Shown: in pieces, positions 1 through 8,773 of the stretch
How the letters are laid out: each line of letters opens with the position of its first letter
How positions within the stretch are numbered: position 1 is the first letter of the stretch
The notes under the pieces: model-generated
What the model was told of the DNA's origin: nothing
What the model saw: only the letters and a program-made list of their open reading frames with translations
Database searches by the model: none
Program-made: the position numbers and the translations under genes
Assembly: GCA_965217585.1 (NCBI GenBank)
Contig: OZ244561.1
Span: 224,001-288,000 of the forward strand
Direction: 5' to 3'
Length of the DNA: 64,000 bases
From: Candidatus Latescibacterota bacterium
GTDB taxonomy: Bacteria; Latescibacterota; UBA2968; UBA8231

Positions 1-688
1 TCCTGCCGGTCAATATTATGCTCATACATTCGGAAATAAACACCCAACCGCTGGCGCTGAGGCGGCCGCGTAACGGCGGCCTGAACCGACAAGCGATCGT
101 GGCGATCCCACACCTTGTGCAGGGGCGTGTGGCCCCGCAAAGCCCCTGTTCGGCGACGGGTGGGTTGCAACATAAAGCCGCTCTGATCGATCCAGGCGAT
201 GGTCACCCCTTTTTGTCGGGCTTTTTTTTAATCCGTGGCCACTCGACCAAGCGCCATGGACGGATGGCTTCCTCGTCCCGTTCCCGGGCGCGTTGCTGGG
301 GATACTGGCACGAAAAACCCAACCCATGCAGCAGACGACCTACATGATCGGGATGATAGGACACCCCAAACGTCTGTGCAATGACCTGCGCTACACGCCC
401 ACAGGTCCACAGCGCCGTATCAAAGCCAGCCGCCTGAGGGCCCTGAAGCAGAAGCTGCTTCAACTGATCCTGGTCTTGGGGGCTCAACTGACAGCCCCGC
501 CCCGGATGCGGTTTGGCTTTGAGCCCCTCCTCGCCGGCTTGCGCTTTCATCGCCTTCCAACGAGACACCGAGGAGGGGGAGACTTGGACCAGACGAGCTA
601 CTTCGTTGACGCCGTTGCCTTCCTCAAGCAACTGAGCCGCCCATTGACGACGATATTCCAGCCGATCGGCACTACCTTTAGGTCGCAT
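1..688 (-). CDS. IS630-family transposase, two ORFs joined by a -1 frameshift; partial
   Basis: ORF 203-688 has HTH and winged-HTH motifs (VSPSSVSRW, LWTCGRVAQVI, LGFSCQYPQQRARERDEEAI). An A8G slippery run lies at 221-229, and the -1 frame reads KKARQKGVTIAWIDQSGFMLQP (DDE domain start), open to base 1. Confidence 0.9.
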
Positions 689-698
689 ATAAATGAAT

Positions 699-1755
699 GG
701 CTCTATATGGATTGCGGGGAGGTGTCTTGAACGGCTAGACGGCCTCCTTTATTCTTAGCGAAGTGCTTTTTTTGCTCTGGCCTCGTTATCTGGATTTCGA
801 TCATGGTCAATATCCAACATCTCATTGATGATGCCAAGTGCTTTGAAACGGTTCGAGCGCTCCGCTGGTCGGATGGCATCGTGTGTCCGCACTGTGGTTC
901 GACTCGGCTTATCAAGCGGGGTTTTGATGACACGCAGCCGCATCGCCAACGCTACCGATGCCACGGCTGTGCTCGGGACTTTGATGATTTGACCGGCACC
1001 GTGTTAGCCGGTCACCACCAGCCGTTACGAGTTTGGATTCTGTGTCTGTATTTCATGGGCTTGAATCTATCCAACCGGCAAATTGCCCAAGAACTGGGGT
1101 TAAATAAAGATGATGTACAGCACATGACCACGCATCTGCGGCAAGGGCTGGTTGACCAGCAGGAGCCGGCTGGTCTTGAGGGGGCCGTCGAGTGCGATGA
1201 AGTCTATCTTGTGGCCGGTCATAAAGGGCATCCTACGGCGGTGAAAAAAAAGGCCGAAAAGGACGCCGCAATCGACTCAAAGGCCGTCGGGGACGGGGCA
1301 CCTTAGCCGGCGAAAAACCGCCGATCTTAGGCATGATTCAACGCGGGGGGGAGGTGTGCATTCAGATGCTGGAGAATGTCCAGCAACAAACCATTGAGCC
1401 GCTGATTAAAAAGGCGATTGCCCCGGGCACACTCATTTATACCGACGAGTACAACATTTACGGGCGGCTAGAAGCGTGGGGCTATGCCCATGCGGTGGTG
1501 CATCATGGTCAAGGGGAATTCGTACGGGATGACGATCAAGATGGCTTTGGTGAAGTGTATGTCAATACGATAGAAGGTTTTTGGTCCTTGTTACGCTCTT
1601 GGTTGAGACCCCACCGAGGGATCTCGCAGGAAAAACTCCCGTTGTATCTGGGCTTTTTTCAATTCGTTCATAACATGAGAAAAAGGGGCAAAGCGCTCCT
1701 AGAAAGCCTCATTAAAGGCATTCTGGGAACACCTCCCCGGAATCCATAATGAGCC
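699..1755 (+). mobile_element. Complete IS1595-family insertion sequence
   Basis: Imperfect 27-bp terminal inverted repeats GGCTCTATATGGATTGCGGGGAGGTGT (699-725) and ACACCTCCCCGGAATCCATAATGAGCC (1729-1755), flanked by the direct repeat TAAATGAAT (690-698 and 1756-1764). Confidence 0.93.
803..1749 (+). CDS. IS1595-family transposase (zinc ribbon, HTH, DDE), -1 frameshift
   Basis: Motifs CPHC...YRCHGC, VECDEVY, IYTDEY and NTIEGFWSLLR. The A8G slippery site at 1244-1252 joins ORF 803-1306 to the frame GRKGRRNRLKGRRGRG...MIQRGG (1333-1749). Confidence 0.92.
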
Positions 1756-1798
1756 TAAATGAATATATAACTATTCCTTTAAAAATGCAGAGGTCAAT

Positions 1799-2344
1799 AA
1801 ACTGGTTCTTCGCAGAGCTAACATCTGGCCAGATTTTCCCGAAAAAGGATACAGACTGGTAGGAGTCGAATTCAAAGCGGGTGATGAAGAACAACGAGTT
1901 GACATCCTCTATATTCGAGACGATGGTGCATTACTGCCATGTGAACTCAAAATCGGTGGTACATCGCGCGACACCCACGGACAATTAATTCGCTATATCG
2001 CCGATTTGCAATTTCAGGATATCAATCTTAATTGGGTCCGAAATTACCACAAAAAATTTCTGGACACGATCACAGATGAGGCTACCGAGAGTATACATGA
2101 CGAAGGATTCGAGAAGTTCCTCAAGAGCAATGACATCAAAGATAGACTTGTTCGTATCTTGCCGACTACTGGGATAATTATGGACGAGGGTTTTAAACCT
2201 CAACTTCTGAAGGCTGTTCGATATCTGAATGAATACTGCGGCTTTTCAATTCGGTTAATCCAAATCGAGACGTTTGTTGATGATAATTGGAATAGTGATA
2301 TGACAGAATACAAGTTTCGGATAGATTTTACCGATGTCCAGTAA
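1799..2344 (+). pseudogene. 3' part of a NucS/EndoMS-like PD-(D/E)xK nuclease gene interrupted by IS630
   Basis: The frame is open from 1799 (KLVLRRANIW...VEFKAGDEEQRVDILYIRDDGALLPCELKIGG...GQLIRYIADL) with no ATG start after the IS end; lower GC than neighbours. Confidence 0.7.
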
Positions 2345-2507
2345 ATCCACTGATTCCGAAGTATGAGGGCAATCTAGGCAGGTTTGGTATTGAATCGTCC
2401 TCTCCTTGGAGATCATAGGCGGCACAGATGAAAACCGGGGTGATGAGAACGGATGCAATCCCCCGGGCGACATAGGTGAACGTACCCTGCGCGATATTCT
2501 CAGTCAT
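2328..2507 (-). pseudogene. Probable truncated aspartyl-protease-like partner of the DUF5678 gene
   Basis: ATG immediately after the DUF5678 stop; MTENIAQGTFTYVARGIASVLITPVFICAAYD resembles the N-terminus of such partners but stops after 59 aa without a DTG motif. Confidence 0.35.
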
Positions 2508-2747
2508 CTATGAGAAGCATATCCGCGAGTGGTAGGTCTGTAGCGTACTTTCTGGATCTGAGGAGCACGGCTGTACTAGGAAAGTGCCAAGCGCATGTTC
2601 CTTTGTTGCCTGCCGTATCGCCTCTATCTCGCTGGAGTACGCCCCGATGACGCGGTGAGCTTTGATGACGATCACCTTGCCCTCGTACTGAGCGGCTAGC
2701 TCTGCTTGGTGGTCCAAGTAGTATTGGAACTCATCTCTTAGTGCCAT
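2508..2747 (-). CDS. DUF5678-like small protein
   Basis: EFQYYLDHQAELAAQYEGKVIVIK..VIGAY pattern; AGGA RBS upstream. Confidence 0.65.
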   Translation of the reverse strand: MALRDEFQYYLDHQAELAAQYEGKVIVIKAHRVIGAYSSEIEAIRQATKEHALGTFLVQPCSSDPESTLQTYHSRICFS

Positions 2748-2865
2748 GGGTATTTCCTTTGGCTACTTTAGGTAAGCAAAGAACCGTTCTGCTTCGATAC
2801 TTTTAGCTTAACCGTTTAGTAGCGACGGAGCAAGCGGCTCAAGATAGGCCATCGCCGAGCACTGC

Positions 2866-4770
2866 TCATCCGTGAAAGTACGCATGTCCCTCGCCCATAA
2901 ACCAGAAAATATCCACCAAATACGACAACCCGATCCCCAAGAAATACCCGGCGATCAACCCCATGAAAAACGGCCGCGCCTGACGGTAGGCCGCGATCCC
3001 CCCATAGCGCATAATCGCACTCTTGGCCACCCACGCCAGAAAAACCGAAAACGCGATGAGTCGCGTCATCCACAGCGGAGCAACCGCAATGCCCACCGGA
3101 TGCAGCGGCCACCAGTGCAAGCGATACTGGAGGAAGGCCAAAAGTGAGTACGCCACCATCCCAACCCCAAAGTAGGACAGCTTGTTCCAATCGGTCGGCC
3201 ACGGATCGTTGAAGTGGCGGATCACTCCATTGTACGCCATGCCACCCGCGCCACCGCCAGCGATAAAGTACCAGGAGCCAAAATTGCCCGCGCCGTATTT
3301 GTAGCACAACGAGAGGACGAAGTAAAGACAAGTGGTAAAGCCCACGACCGCAGCAAGGCCCAGCGCCAAGGCCATCGACCGGCGAATCCGGTACAGTTCG
3401 CCGAGCCGTGCGCCGTGCGCCGCCGCCGGCATAAAGAGCGATTGCACGTCCCCAAACCAAGTATAGGAAACCCCCAGCGCCACCAAATTGTGCCCCCCGA
3501 CACTCGTGCCGGTTATCGCCAGCGCAAAAGCCTGAGCACCCACCGGCGGCGTCAAAAAATAGACCCCGGCCTGCACCACCAGCCGCGTGATGCCGTAGTA
3601 GGCGACCAATACGCCAAAGACAAAAAGCGCGGCGATGTGGAGATCCATCCCAGACCGCCACAGCCAGCCGAGGATATAGACCAACGCGGCCATGAATCCG
3701 CAAACCGCCGTGCGATAGGAAACCATTTCCTCGCTGTCGTCTATCGTCCGCCGTCCCCCCAGGGCTTGCCGCACGACCGCCACTAGATGGCCCCGCGCCA
3801 TCCACAAGCTCAACAACACCATCGCCGTAAACCCACCCCAAGCCTGCCAAGAAAGCGACTGCATCCCCCAGACGAAGGCGTCGGGGCGCGTCACGTCATA
3901 ACCGATGCGATTGGTAATCCCCTCTTGCACCACGGCTACCAAATAAAAGAACACGATGCTGAACGACACGCTGGTGCTGACCAAGTACATAAAGCCGACC
4001 ACCGGGAAGTAGAGCATTAGGCTGATGGTGGGAAACTCCCGGCTCAGTTGCAGATTGACGGAGTGGTTGAAGTTGATTTTGGGAAAGCCGATGTAGAACG
4101 AGCCAATAATATTGAAGAGGATCATCACCAGTGGAATCGCCGCGCCGATCCAAAACCCCTTGGAGCGCACAATCGCCCGCCCGTCGTCGTCGATCAGCAG
4201 CCGCGGCATCTCCATCAGTGGAAAGACCAGCCGCTCGTGCTCGACCCACTGGCGGCGGAAGACCACCACCAAGCAGAAGCAGGCGAAGTACACGGTCAGG
4301 ATCAGGCTCAACAGCCAAAATAGCGGCCCAATCCAAGCCTCGAACGGCAGGGCTTGGCCCTTGGGCAGTCCCTCGTAAAACCAGCGCATGGCATCGCCAT
4401 CGGCGCGGGGCACGATCCAATCGGGCAGGTAGGGATGGATGTTGCCCGCCCAGTCGTTTTCCGGGGTAGCTCCGTAGTACGGCGATGAAATGATCGCCAG
4501 CAAGGTCCCGACGATAAAGGTCGGGATCCCGGTCGCCGCCAAGCCCATAATCACAATGGTAGCCAACTCGGCGGGCCGCAAAGCCCACGTGGGCCGCACC
4601 CACCGTACCAGCGCATTCGCCAGCAGAATCACCACAAAGCAAAAGCCGGCGCTAGTCGGAAAATACGACCAAGTAATCTCCGAAGAGCGCACCATCCAAA
4701 TCGAATAGGGTGCCCCCATGACAATGGCCATCACGACCACAATCCCCAGCACCGCCGAGCGAAAAGTCAC
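2866..4770 (-). CDS. DUF6785/DUF6784 polytopic membrane protein (putative peptide transporter)
   Basis: Many TM helices; motifs RRQWVEHERLVFPL and WWPLHPVG. Confidence 0.8.
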   Translation of the reverse strand: MTFRSAVLGIVVVMAIVMGAPYSIWMVRSSEITWSYFPTSAGFCFVVILLANALVRWVRPTWALRPAELATIVIMGLAATGIPTFIVGTLLAIISSPYYGATPENDWAGNIHPYLPDWIVPRADGDAMRWFYEGLPKGQALPFEAWIGPLFWLLSLILTVYFACFCLVVVFRRQWVEHERLVFPLMEMPRLLIDDDGRAIVRSKGFWIGAAIPLVMILFNIIGSFYIGFPKINFNHSVNLQLSREFPTISLMLYFPVVGFMYLVSTSVSFSIVFFYLVAVVQEGITNRIGYDVTRPDAFVWGMQSLSWQAWGGFTAMVLLSLWMARGHLVAVVRQALGGRRTIDDSEEMVSYRTAVCGFMAALVYILGWLWRSGMDLHIAALFVFGVLVAYYGITRLVVQAGVYFLTPPVGAQAFALAITGTSVGGHNLVALGVSYTWFGDVQSLFMPAAAHGARLGELYRIRRSMALALGLAAVVGFTTCLYFVLSLCYKYGAGNFGSWYFIAGGGAGGMAYNGVIRHFNDPWPTDWNKLSYFGVGMVAYSLLAFLQYRLHWWPLHPVGIAVAPLWMTRLIAFSVFLAWVAKSAIMRYGGIAAYRQARPFFMGLIAGYFLGIGLSYLVDIFWFMGEGHAYFHG

Positions 4771-4850
4771 GTTATACTACTCCTGCAAGATCGATAATCT
4801 ATATTACTCATTTTTATATATATTTAATGTTTCGCATCAACGTACTGACT

Positions 4851-6023
4851 ATGTCCACTAACCGCCCCATGCCCCTTATCCTCGCACTACTGCTGACGGC
4901 CTGCTCTAGTAGCACCGGCCCAGATAGCGGTCCGCAATCTCTCTGCACGGACGCGCCTGGCACCATCTGCACCTGGGCCGGCACGGGCGAAGCCGGCTTC
5001 AATGGCGAGGGCCAGCCGCTGCTGGCCGCCACCCTCTACTGGCCCATCGATCTCACCTTCACCCCCTCGGGCCAAGCCTACCTCCTCGATTGGAACAACC
5101 ACCGCGTGCGCCGCGTGACCCCGGAGGGCACCCTCGTCACCGTCATTGGCACGGACTTCGTCGGCGACGGCCCCTACGACGAATCCGACCAAGTGCCCCC
5201 CGGTGCGCCCGGCACCGAAGTCCACCTAAATCATCCGACCCATCTCCTACCGCTGGCCGACGGCACCCTGCTGCTGACGGCTTGGCACAACCACAAGCTG
5301 CGCCTCTACGACCCGCATACCGGGCTTGTCCAAGTCATCTGCGGCGCAGGTCCGGGGTTTGCCGGCGACGGCGGGCCAGCCCGCGACGCGCTCCTGAGCC
5401 AGCCGCCGCAGACTGTCTTAGGTCCCGATGGCGGGCTATATATCCTCGACCAGCGCAATCAGCGGGTGCGCAAAATAGACCCCGACGGCATTATCACTAC
5501 GGTCGTAGGCACTGGCGTGGCCGGGTTCTCCGGCGACGGCGGCAGCCCGCGCGACGCCCAGCTACAGATGCCAGCCGGAGCCAACCCATCGCCGGCCGGG
5601 GGCCTGGTCTTTGGTCCGCAGGGCCAGCTCTATATCGCCGACGCCCTCAACCACCGCATCCGCCGCGTTGACTTTGACCTAGACCGGATCGAAACAGTGG
5701 CTGGCACGGGCGTGGCCGATGGTGGCGGAGACGGCGGACCGGCCCTCAGCGCAGCCCTCAACAACCCGCGCGACTTGGCCTTTGGCCCCGACGGCCGACT
5801 CTACATTGCCGACGAATTTAACCACCGCATCCGCGCCCTCGACCTAGCGTCCGGCACCATTGAGACCGTTGTCGGCAGCGGCGAAGATGGCTTTTCTGGC
5901 GATGGCGGACCGGCCCTCAGCGCAGCCCTCAACCGACCTGCCGGGCTTGCCTTTGGCCCGCAGGGCCAGCTCTATATCGCCGACACGTACAACCACCGCA
6001 TCCGCCGAGTCGTCTTGCCATGA
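4851..6023 (+). CDS. NHL-repeat beta-propeller lipoprotein
   Basis: Lipobox LLTAC; repeated LYIADxxNHRIRR and GFSGDGGPA units. Confidence 0.9.
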   Translation: MSTNRPMPLILALLLTACSSSTGPDSGPQSLCTDAPGTICTWAGTGEAGFNGEGQPLLAATLYWPIDLTFTPSGQAYLLDWNNHRVRRVTPEGTLVTVIGTDFVGDGPYDESDQVPPGAPGTEVHLNHPTHLLPLADGTLLLTAWHNHKLRLYDPHTGLVQVICGAGPGFAGDGGPARDALLSQPPQTVLGPDGGLYILDQRNQRVRKIDPDGIITTVVGTGVAGFSGDGGSPRDAQLQMPAGANPSPAGGLVFGPQGQLYIADALNHRIRRVDFDLDRIETVAGTGVADGGGDGGPALSAALNNPRDLAFGPDGRLYIADEFNHRIRALDLASGTIETVVGSGEDGFSGDGGPALSAALNRPAGLAFGPQGQLYIADTYNHRIRRVVLP

Positions 6024-7144
6024 TCTACCTAGCCCTCTTGTTCATCGCCCTGTCCGCCTGCGGGGAAGCACCCACAGGCCCTAGCAGCCCCTACGGACGC
6101 ATCGAAACCTTTGCCGGCACCGGCGACGCGGGCAAAGGCCCCGAAGAACCAACGCTGCGTCAAGCGCTCTTCTACCTGCCGCAAGACCTGACCTACGGCC
6201 CCGACGGGCGGCTCTACATCCTCGACTGGAACAACCACCGAGTCCGCGTGGTCACCGACGGTCGCGTCAGCACCCTAATCGGCACCGGCGAACTCGGCGA
6301 CGCCCCGGCCGGCCGGGCGCGCGCGATCGGTCTCAACCATCCGACCCATATCTCTTTTGACCCGTTCGGACGCCTAATACTCTCGGCTTGGCACAATTCG
6401 ATCATCCTGCGCTACGACTTTGCCACCGACTATATCGAGCCGATCTGCGGCACCGGCGAGCGCCTGTACAGCGGCGACGGAGGTCCCGCCGTACAGGCGC
6501 TAGTCAATCTGCCAAGCTCTACCGCTTTTGACCCGCTTGGACGCATGTACATCTCCGACCAGGAAAATCAGCGCATCCGCATGGTCGATATAGACGGCAC
6601 GATTTCCACGGTCGTCGGCACGGGCAAGCCGGGTTTTTCCGGCGACGGAGGGCCTGCGGACCAAGCCCGGATCTACGCTCCGATAGGCCAAGCGGCTCCA
6701 CCTACCAGCCGCATCGCCACCGACGAATTCGGCAACCTCTACATCGCCGACACCTTCAACAACCGCATCCGCAAGGTTGACGCAGCCACCGGCATCATCA
6801 CCACCATCGCCGGCAATGGGGCATCCCCGTACATGACGAGCGGCAAGCGAGAAGAGGGGGCCGCGGCAATTGACGTTTCGCTCAACTGGCCCTGCGACGT
6901 GGCCATCGACTCCGAGGGCCGGGTCTTTTTCGCCGACACCTTCAACCACTGCGTGCGCTACATCGACCTCGACGGCGCACTCTATACCGCGGCCGGTCAG
7001 TGCGGCAAATCCGGCGATATGGGCGATGGCGGCCATCCGCAGTCTGCCCTGATCAACCGTCCCTACGGCATCGAACTCGACCCGGACGACAACCTCTACA
7101 TCGCCGATACCCGCAACCACCGCATCCGTCTCATCCGCAAATGA
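6020..7144 (+). CDS. NHL-repeat beta-propeller lipoprotein (paralogue)
   Basis: Lipobox LSAC; NHL repeats; ATGA overlap with the previous gene. Confidence 0.9.
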   Translation: MIYLALLFIALSACGEAPTGPSSPYGRIETFAGTGDAGKGPEEPTLRQALFYLPQDLTYGPDGRLYILDWNNHRVRVVTDGRVSTLIGTGELGDAPAGRARAIGLNHPTHISFDPFGRLILSAWHNSIILRYDFATDYIEPICGTGERLYSGDGGPAVQALVNLPSSTAFDPLGRMYISDQENQRIRMVDIDGTISTVVGTGKPGFSGDGGPADQARIYAPIGQAAPPTSRIATDEFGNLYIADTFNNRIRKVDAATGIITTIAGNGASPYMTSGKREEGAAAIDVSLNWPCDVAIDSEGRVFFADTFNHCVRYIDLDGALYTAAGQCGKSGDMGDGGHPQSALINRPYGIELDPDDNLYIADTRNHRIRLIRK

Positions 7145-7157
7145 GAAAGCTCTGCGC

Positions 7158-7955
7158 TTAATCCGGTCCATTGCCCGCTATGACAATGCCTTCGGCTACT
7201 AGCTGCTCGGCGAGAGCCTGCGCTTGCCCGGTCGGCAGGCGGGCGTTGTTGGTGATGATCACGTCGGCCCCTACGTAGCGGACGCCGCGCAACCCTTCCA
7301 GGCTTTGCAGCGCACCGTTGTCGCTAACTTCCAAAAAGTCCCGCACTCTAGCTAAGTAGTGCAGGCCCTCTAGGCTTTGCAGCGCGTCGTTGAACCAGAT
7401 GTCCACGCTGCCTTCGATCTCCACGAGGTGCGGCATGTCCGTCAGGGACATAAGCGACTTATTGCGGACGAGCGCCAAGCCCCCACTGACAGAGGCCAAG
7501 TTCTCCAGCCCTTTGAGCGAGCCCAGGGCCTTGTTTTCAAAGATCAACAGCCCCTCTACCACATGAGCAGCTTTGCCGGCCGCGGGCGTAGGCAGGGGCG
7601 GTGGTGCGGCCGCCGGACCTAGCCCAGCGCCGACGCTTTCAAGCCCTTCCAGTCCCGCTAGACTTTCCAAGCGGTCGTTAAACCAAATCTCGACGCTGCC
7701 CTCGACGCGCCTCAGCCCCTCCAAGCCCGTCAGCTCGACTAAGCTGCTCCCAACGATCTGCAAGTCGCCGTCTATGATGTACGCAGCGCCCCCTTTTTCC
7801 CTAAGGGCAGCGATATCTGCTGGCGACGCAATGACAACGCCCTCTGCCAAGATGACCGGCGCTACCGGGTCTTTGCCACAGCCCGCCAGCGCGACGAGCA
7901 ACGGCAAGATTGATCTAACACACGGCTCAAAAATCCCGCGCACACCGGAACCCAA
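7158..7955 (-). CDS. Receptor L-domain/leucine-rich repeat lipoprotein
   Basis: Lipobox LAGC; repeats of NxxLxSLxGLExLxxVxG; start codon uncertain. Confidence 0.75.
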   Translation of the reverse strand: MGSGVRGIFEPCVRSILPLLVALAGCGKDPVAPVILAEGVVIASPADIAALREKGGAAYIIDGDLQIVGSSLVELTGLEGLRRVEGSVEIWFNDRLESLAGLEGLESVGAGLGPAAAPPPLPTPAAGKAAHVVEGLLIFENKALGSLKGLENLASVSGGLALVRNKSLMSLTDMPHLVEIEGSVDIWFNDALQSLEGLHYLARVRDFLEVSDNGALQSLEGLRGVRYVGADVIITNNARLPTGQAQALAEQLVAEGIVIAGNGPD

Positions 7956-8763
7956 TGTCGATATCGGTCAACAGCGGATGATAAGCTTCTCGATTCGCCG
8001 CGGGCAGGGACTCCTTCTCAAACCACCACGACCCACCCCGCAACACCCCGAACTCCCCGCGCAACGGCCCCTGCGGATTGTCCCGTGGACTCTCTGCATA
8101 GTAGGTGTCCCCGTACCAATCGGCCACCCACTCCCACACGTTGCCCGCCATGTCGTGTGCCCCGTACGGCGACACGCCGGCGGGACGGCTGCCTACCGGC
8201 TCGGTCGCTCCGGCGATAAAGCGAAAGTTGGCCTCGTCGCCTACCAGTTCGTATCCCCAGGGATAGGTGCGCCCGTCGGTGCCGCGCGCGGCCTTCTCCC
8301 ACTCGGCCTCGGTCGGCAGCCGCAGACCAGCCCACGCGCAATAGTCGAGCGCGTTTTGGCGGTTCACACAGTTGATGGGATGGGTGTCGTCGGCAAAGCC
8401 ATCGTAGTTGCAGCTAGGAGCGTAGGCCGGCTCTTCGCAGGCGTCGGCCTCCACGCAGCGCCGGTACCGTCCTACGGTGACCTCGAACTGGTCGATATAG
8501 TACGCGGAAAGAAAAACTTGATGCGGAGGCTGCTCGTCCGGGTCGCCCGCGTCCCAACCCATCACAAAGAGGCCTTCGGGCACGAGCACCATGGCGTGCT
8601 CGGCTTTGTTGACCTCGGTGACTGCGGTGGGAGGGTCGTCTTCGGTAGCGGGAGCCTCGCTAGGTGGGGTGGGAGCAACCACGCGATCTCCGCTCACTTG
8701 CCCCGGGTCCTTTTGGCCGCAACCAAGGGCCCACAGGGCCATGCACACCAGTGCGCGACTCAA
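7927..8763 (-). CDS. FGE-sulfatase (SUMF1/EgtB/PvdO family) domain lipoprotein
   Basis: Motifs RLPTEAEWEKAARG, DMAGNVWEW, VLRGGSW, IGFRCAR; lipobox ALGC. Confidence 0.9.
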   Translation of the reverse strand: MSRALVCMALWALGCGQKDPGQVSGDRVVAPTPPSEAPATEDDPPTAVTEVNKAEHAMVLVPEGLFVMGWDAGDPDEQPPHQVFLSAYYIDQFEVTVGRYRRCVEADACEEPAYAPSCNYDGFADDTHPINCVNRQNALDYCAWAGLRLPTEAEWEKAARGTDGRTYPWGYELVGDEANFRFIAGATEPVGSRPAGVSPYGAHDMAGNVWEWVADWYGDTYYAESPRDNPQGPLRGEFGVLRGGSWWFEKESLPAANREAYHPLLTDIDIGFRCARDF

Positions 8764-8773
8764 CGTGCAGCCC

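Larger units (their letters stand above)
1..1799 (-). mobile_element. IS630-family insertion sequence (runs off window start), interrupted near its left end by IS1595
   Basis: Transposase on the minus strand from 688. Removing the IS1595 and one TSD copy restores a short upstream leader ending ...ATGCAGAGGTCAA|TA (1785-1799), consistent with IS630 TA target insertion; the other end is outside the window. Confidence 0.75.

Noticed and set aside
7927-8763. FGE/CLec-fold gene as a diversity-generating retroelement target
   Set aside because: No reverse transcriptase and no template repeat matching its 3' end were seen in the window.
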